DNA of 64,000 nt. Origin: an uncultured Bacteroidales bacterium. GTDB lineage: Bacteria > Bacteroidota > Bacteroidia > Bacteroidales > VadinHA17. Every line of letters starts with the position of its first letter. Position 1 is the first letter of the stretch. Under the pieces are notes generated by a model. That model worked only from the letters and a program-made list of their open reading frames with translations, was not told where the DNA came from and did no database searches. The stretch covers positions 63,855 to 127,854 of the forward strand of contig CAVOWZ010000020.1 of assembly GCA_963700275.1 (NCBI GenBank), given 5' to 3'. A program made the translations under genes and the position numbers. This document shows, piece by piece, positions 37,516-48,661 of this stretch.

Positions 37516-38169
37516 ATGAAAGAACAGGAAATTGAAATCAGTAACAGTATCCTCTTTGAATTCCAGCGCTACGTAAGAGGAGAAATGACAAAGAGAGAAG
37601 AGTTTACTTTCCAGAAGAATATCAGGAAAGATCTTTATGCTGAAGCAGCAATTGAAGGTTTTACCGAAGTTCCGGAAGAAGAACCCTCCTTCTTTACAAA
37701 TATGGCCGAGGAGGAAGAAGAAAAAAGAATAAGAAACAGGAAGCGATTGATTTACAGCATTGTTGCTTCGGTAATAATACTTATAGTCGCTACATCAGCC
37801 TATCTTGTGGTTGAAAAGAAAATTACTGTAAGGCAGTTCAGACCACTCAAATTTTTAAACAGCGGTACTCCGGCTCTTGTGAAGACTGTAAATGATCAGA
37901 TTCAGATCGCAGGTTTCCAGGCATTTGAATCAATGTCACGAATGACGATACCTGATATCAGGACTGCTCCGGTACTTCCCGCTATTGTTCCCGATCCGGC
38001 ACCCGCCACAGTTATGGCTGATTCCCTTAATACAGGAAGGAATGGAGTCCTTGCCACGGCTGCTATTGGCGACACAACCGTAACAATACCGGCCGATACA
38101 GCCTCAGGCTCTGTTCTTCAGAATAAAGCCGACACTACTGCTGCTGTTTTGACGCCACAACCTGAATAG
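37516..38169 (+). CDS. Hypothetical single-pass membrane protein with low-complexity Pro/Ala/Thr tail
   Basis: Intact ORF with one TM (LIYSIVASVIILIVATSAYLVV). No recognisable catalytic motif. Confidence 0.5.
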   Translation: MKEQEIEISNSILFEFQRYVRGEMTKREEFTFQKNIRKDLYAEAAIEGFTEVPEEEPSFFTNMAEEEEEKRIRNRKRLIYSIVASVIILIVATSAYLVVEKKITVRQFRPLKFLNSGTPALVKTVNDQIQIAGFQAFESMSRMTIPDIRTAPVLPAIVPDPAPATVMADSLNTGRNGVLATAAIGDTTVTIPADTASGSVLQNKADTTAAVLTPQPE

Positions 38170-38211
38170 TTTCAAATAAGAACTTTCAAAAACCAAAGAT
38201 AATTTAAGCCC

Positions 38212-38246
38212 AAAAAAAGCGGATGCCGTAACGACATCCGCTTTTT
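38212..38246. terminator. Bidirectional rho-independent terminator between convergent genes
   Basis: A7 - gcggatg - ccgtaacga - catccgc - T5. Confidence 0.75.
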
Positions 38247-38257
38247 GATTATGCACC

Positions 38258-41200
38258 TTAATCACGGATATTCTTTAATTCGACTTCCCTTAAAGTCAAT
38301 ATTTTTAAGCTATCTATCAGCCCGGATTTTCTAAGGAACTGTTCTTTATCACTGCCCTCGAATTTAAGAACATTGGTACGCGTACTTCGTTGTTCAACAG
38401 GCAAGTAGCTGTCTCCTATCAGCCGGTTAACCCAGGAATTCACAACCCTTACAGTGAGTTTATTTTCCCCTTCCTTCAGTAAACCTGAAATTTCCGTAAC
38501 GAAGGGAGCGATCCAGCTTGTTCCTGCTCTCTGATCATTGATATAGACCTCTGCTATTTCTTTAACATTTCCCAGGTCGATAAGTACCTTTTCACCAGGA
38601 TGATTTTCAGGATTGTAACTAAAGGTCGCTGAATATTCAGCCGGTCCGCTGTAATACCTTATCCTTTTATCGTTGAAATCAGTCCATGATTTAAATTCTT
38701 CAATTACAAGAGGATCCTCCGGTCCCCATTGATTTATGAACTTAAGACTTACAGGAGATGTCAGCCGGATTTCTGAAACAGGAGTGCCACATGCTACTGT
38801 TTCATCAGTTCCGTCGGACCATTGCATTGTATAATTCCCTGGCAGGGAAAACCTTGCCACTGCTTTATCTTCCGAATAATAACAATCTAAAGCCGGAAAC
38901 CGTGCACCAATAATTCCCGGCTCAGGAAATATTTCTTTGCCATCCTTCATCACCCTAACAATATGTTTCTGCGGTTGCTTATCCGTGAATACCACGAAGA
39001 CTGAACCTTCGGGATTCAGATGTAAAGGAATGTAAGTGTAAACACCGTCATCCTTGTATACAGCAATCTGTTTTATCTCTCCTGTCATCGGATCCCACAA
39101 TTCAGGCACCTTTCCGGTAACTCTGAATTTACAGATAATCTCCTCATACCTGTCAGGCAGATCTGTGAGATACCTGTATTTGGTATCATAAATTCCAAAC
39201 CTTGCCAGCCGGTTAACAACAAAATAAATTTCCTTCTGTCCGTCAGTCCGGTGAATATATTCAATATGTGAACTATCCGTGACCGACGTAAAGCTGAAAT
39301 CGGGTTCTATACCAAGAGATTTTAATGTTTCACCTGGTGTAAGTCCCCATATCACTTTACCCTTTCCGGAATTCTTTACCTTAGTATTTATGCTGTCAAT
39401 GTCTCCCCATAACCGGCCGGCTATTTTCCTTACCTCACTGTCTGATTCAGGATAAGCTCTGAGTCCTGTTGCTTTTTCAGGTTTTGGGCCGACAAGGATA
39501 AGGCCTTCGCGCACAAATTTATCAAGTTTTTTAAGCAGATCAGCGTTTATTGCTCTCTCAGGCGGTAAAACCAGAATTGAGTAAGACATTCCATCGGGCA
39601 ACACTATTCTCCCATTTTCGATCCGCACCCTTTCAAGTAATACATCAATACTGCATTTGTCCCAGTCATATCCGTAGCCGAGGTCAGTGACCTCCTCCTT
39701 GAGGAAGACGAAATTTGGTGTGTCATCTCCGTAATAATAAAGGGCATCTGCCACAAATTTCCCCTGAGAAAGGAGGAATGAACAGCGGTTCATGTACCTG
39801 ACAAATGCTTCAGATTCTTTCCACCAGGTAACATGACGGTTAAAGTGGGTTCCGGCGAAGTATTCATTACCAGGTTCACCATATTCATCCGGCGATGCTG
39901 TAAATGTATGCCAGACAATGCGGTTCACTCCAGAGCAGAAAATCCTGTCTATCACATTTTTACAATCCGATGGCGGCCGCTCCCAATGAGGGCCGATACT
40001 TGTTGGTCCTTCGGCGGCAACAAACTGTCTGCCATATACATGTGCCACGCTGGCGCTTTGTTTCACACACAAACGCTGGGCATCAGAAACACGATGAGTA
40101 TTTGAACGGACCCAGAATTCACCCATGGGAACGTCGTTATACCCCATTGTTTTAATAGCATCTATTGGCGCCGAATGAGGGCCTCCCGATTCCGGATGAG
40201 TGTAAAGATTATTCTGATGGGCAATACCGGCGAATGTTTTATAGAAATCGTCCGCGATAAGATCACTGACAGTACGTCGGAAATCGTGAAGAAAACGGTT
40301 TGAAATATCACGGTTACCGACAATCCGGTTGGTAAGTACAGGCATATATTGCGTCATATCGTAACCCCGCAATTCTCTGAATTTTTCAGGAAAACCATGG
40401 GTCCAGTTGGCCACTCCCATTTCCCAGCTGTCGGTATGAATGAATTTCAATGAGTTACCTGCCTCCTGAGCACCGGTAATGAGCTTAGAGATCACATCCT
40501 CATTAAATTTCAGTAAGGCATCTTTACTCAGATGATCTATTGACAGACCATCCCAGCCGTCGCTTGAGGTTGAGACCTTAACCCCGGTGCATGTCATCCC
40601 ATACCGGATAATAGTCCACTCACCATCGGGAACATCCCAGGAAAGTATTCCATTTTTAAAAAATTCCGTTATATCATAAATTTCTCCGGATTTGAGCTGA
40701 TAAGCCGGTTCCTCTGAATAATCTTCCCGCAGCTTATAAAGCGGATAGATACCTGACCAGCCGATACGTTCCCTGAGGCTCTTTATACCATGATTTTTTA
40801 TCCCGGGTGAATTTTCATTTTCAGGAAATTTCCTGATTGCCTGTACAAGGATATCCTTGTAATACAGTTTAGAGGGAGGTTCCGGCAGGCTGTCATTAAT
40901 TTTCCCGGGACCGGTAACATTTTTTTCGCTCCAGGTAATTGTTTTCATGGCATACTCGGGAGTGACTGATGGTCCTCCCGGATTCCAGCCGCTCTGAACG
41001 TTGATAGTCAGTTCCAGTCCAAGCCGGTCAGCTTCCCTGATGGCATGTTTATACAATTCCATCCATCTGTCGCTGAGGAAAGCTGGTCCGGGTTCAGTCT
41101 TAAGAGCAACTGAATAATTGGAAGAACCGGCATCAAAAATTATTGCACCACCGTACCCGTTTGCCTTCATGGCTTCCAGGTCCTTTGTAATGCAATCTTC

Positions 41201-41395
41201 GGTTACATTGCTGTTAAGCCACCACCAGAAAGCTCTTAATCGTGCATAAGATGGCGGATTCAGGAAGTCCGCCTCAAAGTCATTGCTTATTTCCTTCCTG
41301 AATCCGTCATTTTTACCGGTTGTATTACATGTGATGCAGACAACCGAGCAGAATAATATAGCCGGCAGCAGGCTGCCGGAAAGAGTTTTTTTCAT
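38258..41395 (-). CDS. Large exported glycoside hydrolase, GH106-like (alpha-L-rhamnosidase-related) with C-terminal jelly-roll domain
   Basis: The N-terminal ..ARLRAFWWWLNSNVTEDCITKDLEAMKANGYGGAIIFD and the C-terminal ..IAEVYINDQRAGTSWIAPF..NKLTVRVVNSWVNRLIGD motifs match my recollection of this family. The MKK start at 41395 forms an ATGA overlap with the SusD stop. Confidence 0.55.
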   Translation of the reverse strand: MKKTLSGSLLPAILFCSVVCITCNTTGKNDGFRKEISNDFEADFLNPPSYARLRAFWWWLNSNVTEDCITKDLEAMKANGYGGAIIFDAGSSNYSVALKTEPGPAFLSDRWMELYKHAIREADRLGLELTINVQSGWNPGGPSVTPEYAMKTITWSEKNVTGPGKINDSLPEPPSKLYYKDILVQAIRKFPENENSPGIKNHGIKSLRERIGWSGIYPLYKLREDYSEEPAYQLKSGEIYDITEFFKNGILSWDVPDGEWTIIRYGMTCTGVKVSTSSDGWDGLSIDHLSKDALLKFNEDVISKLITGAQEAGNSLKFIHTDSWEMGVANWTHGFPEKFRELRGYDMTQYMPVLTNRIVGNRDISNRFLHDFRRTVSDLIADDFYKTFAGIAHQNNLYTHPESGGPHSAPIDAIKTMGYNDVPMGEFWVRSNTHRVSDAQRLCVKQSASVAHVYGRQFVAAEGPTSIGPHWERPPSDCKNVIDRIFCSGVNRIVWHTFTASPDEYGEPGNEYFAGTHFNRHVTWWKESEAFVRYMNRCSFLLSQGKFVADALYYYGDDTPNFVFLKEEVTDLGYGYDWDKCSIDVLLERVRIENGRIVLPDGMSYSILVLPPERAINADLLKKLDKFVREGLILVGPKPEKATGLRAYPESDSEVRKIAGRLWGDIDSINTKVKNSGKGKVIWGLTPGETLKSLGIEPDFSFTSVTDSSHIEYIHRTDGQKEIYFVVNRLARFGIYDTKYRYLTDLPDRYEEIICKFRVTGKVPELWDPMTGEIKQIAVYKDDGVYTYIPLHLNPEGSVFVVFTDKQPQKHIVRVMKDGKEIFPEPGIIGARFPALDCYYSEDKAVARFSLPGNYTMQWSDGTDETVACGTPVSEIRLTSPVSLKFINQWGPEDPLVIEEFKSWTDFNDKRIRYYSGPAEYSATFSYNPENHPGEKVLIDLGNVKEIAEVYINDQRAGTSWIAPFVTEISGLLKEGENKLTVRVVNSWVNRLIGDSYLPVEQRSTRTNVLKFEGSDKEQFLRKSGLIDSLKILTLREVELKNIRD

Positions 41396-43178
41396 TCCCA
41401 TCCAGGATTCTGTTCCAGAACTTTATCCTTATTGGTATCTATAACTGTCTGGGGTATAGGCCACAGGTTGTAATCGAAAGTCAGGGTAGCCTGAGCTTCT
41501 GGCCAGTATGCATACTGTGCTATCCTGTCAACAGCTATGGTCCCTCCCATTCTCAGCAAAGTGTTCCATCTGCACTCTTCGTAAACAAGTTCACGTGCAC
41601 GCTCATCAAGGATAAGATTGAAATTATCGTCTACATCAGCAGCAGTCACCAGATAAGTACACTGAGCACGGTTCCTCAGCAGGTTTATATCATCTGCAGC
41701 ACCATTTTTGTTACCGCTGCGCTGTTTGGCTTCAGCACGGAGAAGGATCGTTTCAGGAAGACGGATGAAATAGTCATCGCGGAATAGATTACTTCTGTTT
41801 TCTCCTGCATCAAGTCCGGTGTATTTATCGGTTGCTATTTTACACGAAACAGGATAGCAAAGACTGCGGTTATTATTATTTGTGGATTCATCCGCACCGC
41901 CATTATAAATTACCCCCCATGGAACAGTCATGATTGATAATAGGGCGATGTAGCAACATTACCTATAAATGTTCTGCGGAACACTACATCTGAATTGCGC
42001 AAGTCTGCAGCCCATTTATCTTCATAAATAATATCTCTCGTGTACATTGTTGGAATTATCTGAGAAATCCCCCTTCCTCCAACATCTTCAAGTGTACCTG
42101 TAAGATGGTTTTTTGCACCATCACGGAAGACTGGTCCGTAGGTCCTGGAATAAGGCAATCTTGCTCTGCCGTCCTCTGCTTTATATGCCGCGTAGTCAGT
42201 CTGAATAGACCAGATACATTCGGTATTTCCATCCTGGAAGTTAACATTACCCTCCTGGAACAAATCCCAATAATGATTTGTGGTTTGCTCCAGATTACCT
42301 ACAGGTGTGCTTGTACTGCCTTGTCTGTAAACAGGGATTTTTATAGTCAGTTCACTTTTTCTTTTACCGAAGCGGCTATTGATAAGTGAGTATATTCCTC
42401 CATCTATCACCTTGTTGCCATAAGAGATTGAACTGGTATAGGCAGTCTGGGCACCTGAGGAATTACCATCAGCTGCCAGCTGGATGCCAAGAGCAAGGTA
42501 TAGTTCACACAGATTATGTTGTGCAGCTGCCCTTACCAGACGGCCTCCTGATGAAGTTGTTTCCGGAAGATCATTCTCGATAGCAAGAAGCTCATCAATG
42601 GCAAACTGGTACGTTTCCACCCTTGAGGAACGTTCAAAATCATATTTTGAAGTTTTGGAAATCTCCGTAACAATTGGCACACCTCCAAAAAGTTCACCAA
42701 GATTACGGTATGCAAAAGCCCTGAAAAACCTTGCCTGAGCTATAACATAAGCTTTTTCCGCAGGTGAGGTCCATGATATCTGTGGTAACTCTGCGGCATA
42801 CAATGCCAGATTGGATTTTGATATTATCTGATACCATGCACTGTAAATATCGAGGAAATGGGAATGATCGGGATTGATTGTCCCGTAATTATTAAAGGTA
42901 TTACCTCTCCTGATACTTGCCACATCAAACATATCAGTTCCGTTACCGCGGAAAACAAATACCCATGCAGCTTCTGTGGAGTTTGCCCAAAGGTCTCTGA
43001 GCTGGGAATAAACACCAACAAGGACCTGGTCGATCTGTGCAGATGTTGAAAATGCGTTATCTGTAGTGTAAAATGTTGTTGGTTCCTCTGTAAGAAATTC
43101 ATTATCTGATTCGCATCCTGTGAATGCAATTACAAGGAAAAGGACCAGTATCTGTACAAAAATTATTATCTTTTTCAT
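41392..43178 (-). pseudogene. SusD/RagB-family outer-membrane lipoprotein, split into two ORFs by a frameshift near 41930
   Basis: ORF 41928..43178 has the lipobox (..AFTGCES) and the SusD N-terminal region. ORF 41392..41931 carries the C-terminal RagB/SusD region (..RARELVYEECRWNTLLRMG..). The two frames differ by 2 (equivalent to -1). Confidence 0.8.
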
Positions 43179-43196
43179 TTTCTTAACATTTTTTGG

Positions 43197-46100
43197 TTAA
43201 AAGGTAGCATTTACACCAACTGAAAATGTTGATGGAACAGGGTAGGTATTTTCCCGGACCGGAGTACCTGTTTCAGGATCGCCTCCAAACCAGTCGGTAA
43301 AGGTTGCCAGATTCTGAATACTGATAAAAGCCTTCAATGAGTTTATTTTTATAACATCAATCAGCTTCTTATCAAAAGTGTAGGATAATGAAACGTCCTG
43401 GATCCTGACGAACCCCCTTGACTGGAGAGCCTGATATCTTCCATCTCCGGCAAATATTGCTGACGGATAAACATTACTCTTGTTTTCAGCTGTCCAGTAA
43501 GGTTTTGATGTCATGTTGGCATTAAACAAACCCGTACCCGATGTCAGATATGCTGCAGTATTACTCTTCAGATAGTGGTCATTTCCTCCGAAAACACCGG
43601 ATATCATTACATAGAGCTCTACATTCTTATATCCGGCTACATTGCTCAGGCTCGAACGGAAATTCTCCTTGTTATAACCCAGGATAATTCTGTCGGCTGC
43701 CGTGATACCGGGGACGTTATCATGATCTCTGTATTTAGGTGCTCCGGGAGCGGCTCCCGTAAGACCAATATATTCCGTATCCTCTGCCTGGACAATACCA
43801 TCCTGATCATAACCGAATATTGCTCCCAGCGACTTACCTATAAAGAGACTGCTTGCAATATCGTCATCCTCTTTACCGTCACCATTCAGATCATCACCAT
43901 AAAGATGAACCAGTTTATTATTGTTTTTCCAGAAAGTAAAGGTAGTGTTCCAGTACCAGTCAGCGCTCTTGATATTTACAGTATTTATCTTAAATTCAAC
44001 ACCTGTATTGTTTACCTGTCCCATTGAAGTTTTAATAGTATTGAAACCTGTCATTGCAGGGATGTTTCTGGTAAAGATCTGATCGGTGGTCTTTGAAAAA
44101 TAGAAGTCCAGATCAAACAAAATACGACTGTTGAAAATCTCCGATTCAAACCCGGCATTCCACGATTCGGTTGTTTCCCATCCAAGGTCAGCATTACCAA
44201 GTGCACTCTGAAATAGTCCGTAATTTATTGTGCTTCCCGTGTTCGAGTATTCATACCTTGAACCTCCTGATGCAGCATTCGCCACTGTTGAAAGTGTTCC
44301 ATAAGGACTAATCCCCTGGTTACCGTTCTGACCCCATGACAGTTTAAGCTTCAAACTGTTAATTGCATCGATATTAAAGAAAGGTTCATTGGATATCTTA
44401 TAAGCCACCCCTGCGGCGAAGAAATTTGCCCATTTATTGTTTGCTCCAAACACAGAAGCACCATCACGGCGATAAGATCCGGTGAAGAAGTATTTGTCAC
44501 CAAAAGAGTAATTCAAGCGACCATAGTATCCTATATTGGCTCTGTCTTCCGCATTGAGTATAACCTTCTGGACGGTTGCTTTATGCAATCCCCACATACC
44601 AAGGGTTGTGTTTCCATTAGCAGCAAAATCAGAACCTGTTGTATTAACCTGCTTGTATTGACGGAGGTCTCTCGTGGCAACAGCGGTAACATCAACACTA
44701 TGCAGTCCAAATACATGCTTGTAATTGAGGATATTGTCAAGTACATAGCTGAATGTACTGTTGTTGTCAATATTACCATTTGCTCTTGAAAGGAATCCCT
44801 GCACCACTGCTGCAGAATATCTCGCTAGTCCTTCGCCTTCGGCAATATAATTGTCTTCATAATAGAAACTTCCCGACTGGTTTTTATCAAGGTTTGTCTG
44901 AAGATTGAGCCGGTAGCTGAGTCCTTCCACCCAGGGAATATCTACAACAGTATATGCATTAAACCTGAAATTATTTCTGATATCATCGTTGTCGGAAACA
45001 TCATTTGTAACTCCCCATAATGGATTGGTACCGGACTGGGTATAAGGGTACTTTTCAAGATTCCCCAAATCATCGCGATACATTACTCCGTAGGGCGACA
45101 TAACTTGTGCCGTACCGATATTAGCGGAAAATCCTGAATAATCGCGTCTTGAATAACCGGCATCCATTCCCAGTTCAAGCCATTTAGTGACATTGGTCTT
45201 AAGTTTTGCCAGAAATGACAGGCGATTGAAATCATCACCCATAACTATTCCTTTGTTATTATCGTATGCAGTTGACAGGTAATAGTTTACATTAGGATTT
45301 GCGCCTGAAACTGATAACTGGTAATCCTGCACCACACCTGTACGGGTAGATTCATCGAGCCAGACTGTTTCATTTCCTGCGGCAAGGTTTGCAAGTTCAC
45401 CCGGCTTCATCCACTCAGTAGAACCAGGAGTGTACTGATTACGTGCATTAACAACTGTTATCCACTCTTCACCTTTCATCATTACCGGTTTATTCTGCCA
45501 TGTCTGAACACCGGTTGAAGCTTTAAAACTTATTATAGGTTTCCCTATAAGCCCTTTTTTAGTTGTTATGGCTATTACACCGTTTGCAGACCGTGAACCA
45601 TAAGCAGCTGCGGAAACAGCATCTTTAAGTACATCGAAACTGGAAATGTCATTTGGATTAATATCCCCCAGGCTGCCGAGAAATATCACTCCATCGAGAA
45701 CAATGAGAGGGTCGTTTGATCCGGAAATTGAATTCTGACCCCTGATAAGCATACTTGGTTGTCCTCCTGCAGTATTTGTAGCGCCAATATCCAGACCGGA
45801 TATACTTCCCTTAAGACTTTCGAGCGCATTGAATTTCGGAAGCTGGGCAACAGGAGAGTTCTCCACATTCAAAGAACCGACAGTCCCTGTAAAATCCCTT
45901 CTCAGTGCTGTACCATAACCTATCACAACTACTTCAGCCAGCCCGATAGCTTCCTCTTCCATTTGAACATCTATTGAAGTCTGGCCTGAAACAGGAATTT
46001 CCTGTGCTTTTAATCCGACAAATGAAAATACAAGAACCGCACCATCCGGAATATTACTGATTGTAAACCTTCCATCGATATCGGTTAATGAACCAAGATT

Positions 46101-46334
46101 GGTACCTTTTACGGCAACCGTTACCCCCGGCAACGGTTCACCATCAGAATCTGTAACCCGGCCGGAAACGGTATTCTGGACAGAATAGACTTCCGTACCG
46201 TTAATTTGCGGGTCGGCGGCTGACACATTCATCGCAGGTAAAAGTACCATTAACAACAGTAACCCAGCCACAATAATGCTTCTTACCATCCTTCCCGGCA
46301 GGAATGTAAAATTCCTCTTAAATTGATTTTCCAT
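43197..46334 (-). CDS. SusC/RagA-family TonB-dependent outer-membrane transporter
   Basis: Carboxypeptidase-regulatory-like N-domain (VSGRVTDSDGEPLPGVTVAVKGT..DGRFTI), plug and barrel, C-terminal aromatic residue. It lies immediately upstream of SusD. Confidence 0.92.
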   Translation of the reverse strand: MENQFKRNFTFLPGRMVRSIIVAGLLLLMVLLPAMNVSAADPQINGTEVYSVQNTVSGRVTDSDGEPLPGVTVAVKGTNLGSLTDIDGRFTISNIPDGAVLVFSFVGLKAQEIPVSGQTSIDVQMEEEAIGLAEVVVIGYGTALRRDFTGTVGSLNVENSPVAQLPKFNALESLKGSISGLDIGATNTAGGQPSMLIRGQNSISGSNDPLIVLDGVIFLGSLGDINPNDISSFDVLKDAVSAAAYGSRSANGVIAITTKKGLIGKPIISFKASTGVQTWQNKPVMMKGEEWITVVNARNQYTPGSTEWMKPGELANLAAGNETVWLDESTRTGVVQDYQLSVSGANPNVNYYLSTAYDNNKGIVMGDDFNRLSFLAKLKTNVTKWLELGMDAGYSRRDYSGFSANIGTAQVMSPYGVMYRDDLGNLEKYPYTQSGTNPLWGVTNDVSDNDDIRNNFRFNAYTVVDIPWVEGLSYRLNLQTNLDKNQSGSFYYEDNYIAEGEGLARYSAAVVQGFLSRANGNIDNNSTFSYVLDNILNYKHVFGLHSVDVTAVATRDLRQYKQVNTTGSDFAANGNTTLGMWGLHKATVQKVILNAEDRANIGYYGRLNYSFGDKYFFTGSYRRDGASVFGANNKWANFFAAGVAYKISNEPFFNIDAINSLKLKLSWGQNGNQGISPYGTLSTVANAASGGSRYEYSNTGSTINYGLFQSALGNADLGWETTESWNAGFESEIFNSRILFDLDFYFSKTTDQIFTRNIPAMTGFNTIKTSMGQVNNTGVEFKINTVNIKSADWYWNTTFTFWKNNNKLVHLYGDDLNGDGKEDDDIASSLFIGKSLGAIFGYDQDGIVQAEDTEYIGLTGAAPGAPKYRDHDNVPGITAADRIILGYNKENFRSSLSNVAGYKNVELYVMISGVFGGNDHYLKSNTAAYLTSGTGLFNANMTSKPYWTAENKSNVYPSAIFAGDGRYQALQSRGFVRIQDVSLSYTFDKKLIDVIKINSLKAFISIQNLATFTDWFGGDPETGTPVRENTYPVPSTFSVGVNATF

Positions 46335-46621
46335 CGACTTAGTTGATTTATTTGAATTTAAAAATTTAAGCCAGCATAAAATATCTGCTATACTTTATTA
46401 GTGTGTCTCTGACAACTTAATATTAAGATTAATAAAATTTAGATATGATGTCATAGGCTTTTGGTATTAGTTAAATAAATGGGTTGTCAATTATCTTCAG
46501 TTATTTGATGAGTTATCAAGTGAATTAGTTGCGTTCTGTCGGTATGTTCTGATAACTTATCCTGTAACAAACTTACGATTTATAAAGGATTTAATATTTT
46601 TAAAGGCTTAATAAATTTTGT

Positions 46622-48658
46622 ATGAAAGGCTTCAGAAAAATATTCTCCATCTGCATTTTATTTACCTTCCTTCCAATTAATACGGGTCTTTCACAAAAGA
46701 CTGATTCGCTGGCATTCAGAATGAACACCAGATACTCATTTTATACCACCGAAAAGGATGCGGAAATGATCCTTCATGTTCCTCAGAGCTATATCACCAA
46801 TAAAATATCTGTTCTTCTTACGGGAACTACTTACGATACCCCTGTCAAATGGGAAGGTGTTCCCGGAAAAAAATTATTAAGAATTCCTCTCAAAACAGCC
46901 GTTAGAAATGGATTCCACAAGGTAAAAGCTGAAATAGAAGTCAGCGGAAGTATCACCAGGTTTGTTGCAGAAGCTGATCTGATAAAACTCAGTTATAAAC
47001 CAAATGAGGTAAAAACGGACAGACTCACCGGGGGATTAATAGTAAACAGAAGACCGTTTTTTCCTGCTGGATTCTACTGCTATTCACCGGTAAATCCCTC
47101 ACTCCCAGAAGAAGAGGCAGTTAAGGGATTCAATGTGATATCACCTTACCAGAAAATATTACAATCATCTTTTAATGAAAGAAAATCATACATGGACCGC
47201 TGTGCCCAAGTGGGACTGAAAGTGCACTATAATCTGTTGTCTGTTTCAGGAGGCGGTGGTGTGAGTTCAATAATTGAAGGTCTCACATGGTCACAGAAAA
47301 AGACTCTTCTCCTGAATGAAATAAAGGCCTTCCGCGATCATCCTGCCCTCCTGGTCTGGTATATTGCGGATGAACCAAACGGTTACAGGATCCCTCCTGA
47401 CACTCTGAAAACAATCTACAGGCTGGTAAGGGAAAATGATCCCTGGCACCCTGTTTCAATGGTTTTCATGGCGCCATGGCTGGCTTCACGGAATTATATC
47501 GATGCACTGGATATCGTAATGGCTGATCCATATCCTATTCCTGACTCACCTGTTACCCTTCCCGGCAATGTGGCAGGGACTCTGTCAAACGAATTCAGGG
47601 GAAAAAGACCCGTCTGGATGGTTCCACAGGTGTTCGGCGGCGGAGAGATATGGAGCAGGGAACCCACCATTCAGGAGGTGAGGACTATGACCTACCAGTC
47701 AGTAATAAATGGGTGCAAGGGCATTCAGTTCTTTGTGAGGGAAGGACTTAATCTGTTTCCAAAATCAACTGCGCTCTGGAATGAATGCGGAAGGATGGCT
47801 GTTGAATTATCGGAAATGACTCCATGGCTTCTGTCGGATGAGGTGACCATGCCGGTAACCACTTCTTCGGGGAATATAATGGTAACATCATTTATGCACC
47901 AGGGACAGCTTATGATAGTTGCAGCCAACAGGGCCAACTCTCCTCAGAGGGCTGACTTTTCAATTTCCGGAATTTCTTCAGTAAGAGCCAGGGTACTATT
48001 TGAAAACAGATCTGTCCAGGTCACCAGTGGTCGCTTTACTGATCAGCTGTCTGCGCTGGGGACACAGGTTTATTTAATTAATACGGGAAAAGTCAGGGAA
48101 ACTTTCAAACCATGGAGTGGAAACCTTATCAGGGACCCTGGATTTGAGGATACTGCAAGCCCGGGAATACCTGCATCCTGCTACGCATGGAACAATGGCG
48201 ACCGGGGTGCAACATTTTTCCTCGATTCTCGCGAACATTACGAAGGAAATCACTCGCTGCGTATGATAACTCCCGTTATTAACCGCAGTGCAAGACTGAG
48301 ATTTTTCCCCTTTAAAATCAGGCCGGGAATGACATACTATATTTCTGTGAGGGCAAAAGCAGATCATGACCAGATTCCCGACACCACACAAAGAAATAAA
48401 CCGCAATACTTTGAGGTTACCTTAGGGGATTACGGATCCAAACGATTTGAGCTGAGCGATGAGTGGCAGGAATACATGACCGTAATAACAATTCCAAACC
48501 TGGCTGGTCTTCCGCCAAAAACTAATGTTATTTTGAAGATGCCATCGGCGGGGGTTGCATGGTTCGATATGTTACAGGCAATAGAAGGCGTTGATATTAA
48601 CCAATCTATAAATCCGGAATTGAGAGCTTTTCCGGGGAATTTTCCTCGTGGACGATAA
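46622..48658 (+). CDS. Exported protein of unknown function, putative glycoside hydrolase with C-terminal CBM-like beta-sandwich
   Basis: Signal peptide. The central ..LLVWYIADEPNG.. and ..DIVMADPYPIP.. resemble TIM-barrel hydrolase strands. The C-terminal ..DPGFEDTAS..GNHSLRM.. resembles a CBM4/9-type module. No family could be assigned by eye. Confidence 0.4.
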   Translation: MKGFRKIFSICILFTFLPINTGLSQKTDSLAFRMNTRYSFYTTEKDAEMILHVPQSYITNKISVLLTGTTYDTPVKWEGVPGKKLLRIPLKTAVRNGFHKVKAEIEVSGSITRFVAEADLIKLSYKPNEVKTDRLTGGLIVNRRPFFPAGFYCYSPVNPSLPEEEAVKGFNVISPYQKILQSSFNERKSYMDRCAQVGLKVHYNLLSVSGGGGVSSIIEGLTWSQKKTLLLNEIKAFRDHPALLVWYIADEPNGYRIPPDTLKTIYRLVRENDPWHPVSMVFMAPWLASRNYIDALDIVMADPYPIPDSPVTLPGNVAGTLSNEFRGKRPVWMVPQVFGGGEIWSREPTIQEVRTMTYQSVINGCKGIQFFVREGLNLFPKSTALWNECGRMAVELSEMTPWLLSDEVTMPVTTSSGNIMVTSFMHQGQLMIVAANRANSPQRADFSISGISSVRARVLFENRSVQVTSGRFTDQLSALGTQVYLINTGKVRETFKPWSGNLIRDPGFEDTASPGIPASCYAWNNGDRGATFFLDSREHYEGNHSLRMITPVINRSARLRFFPFKIRPGMTYYISVRAKADHDQIPDTTQRNKPQYFEVTLGDYGSKRFELSDEWQEYMTVITIPNLAGLPPKTNVILKMPSAGVAWFDMLQAIEGVDINQSINPELRAFPGNFPRGR

Positions 48659-48661
48659 TTC

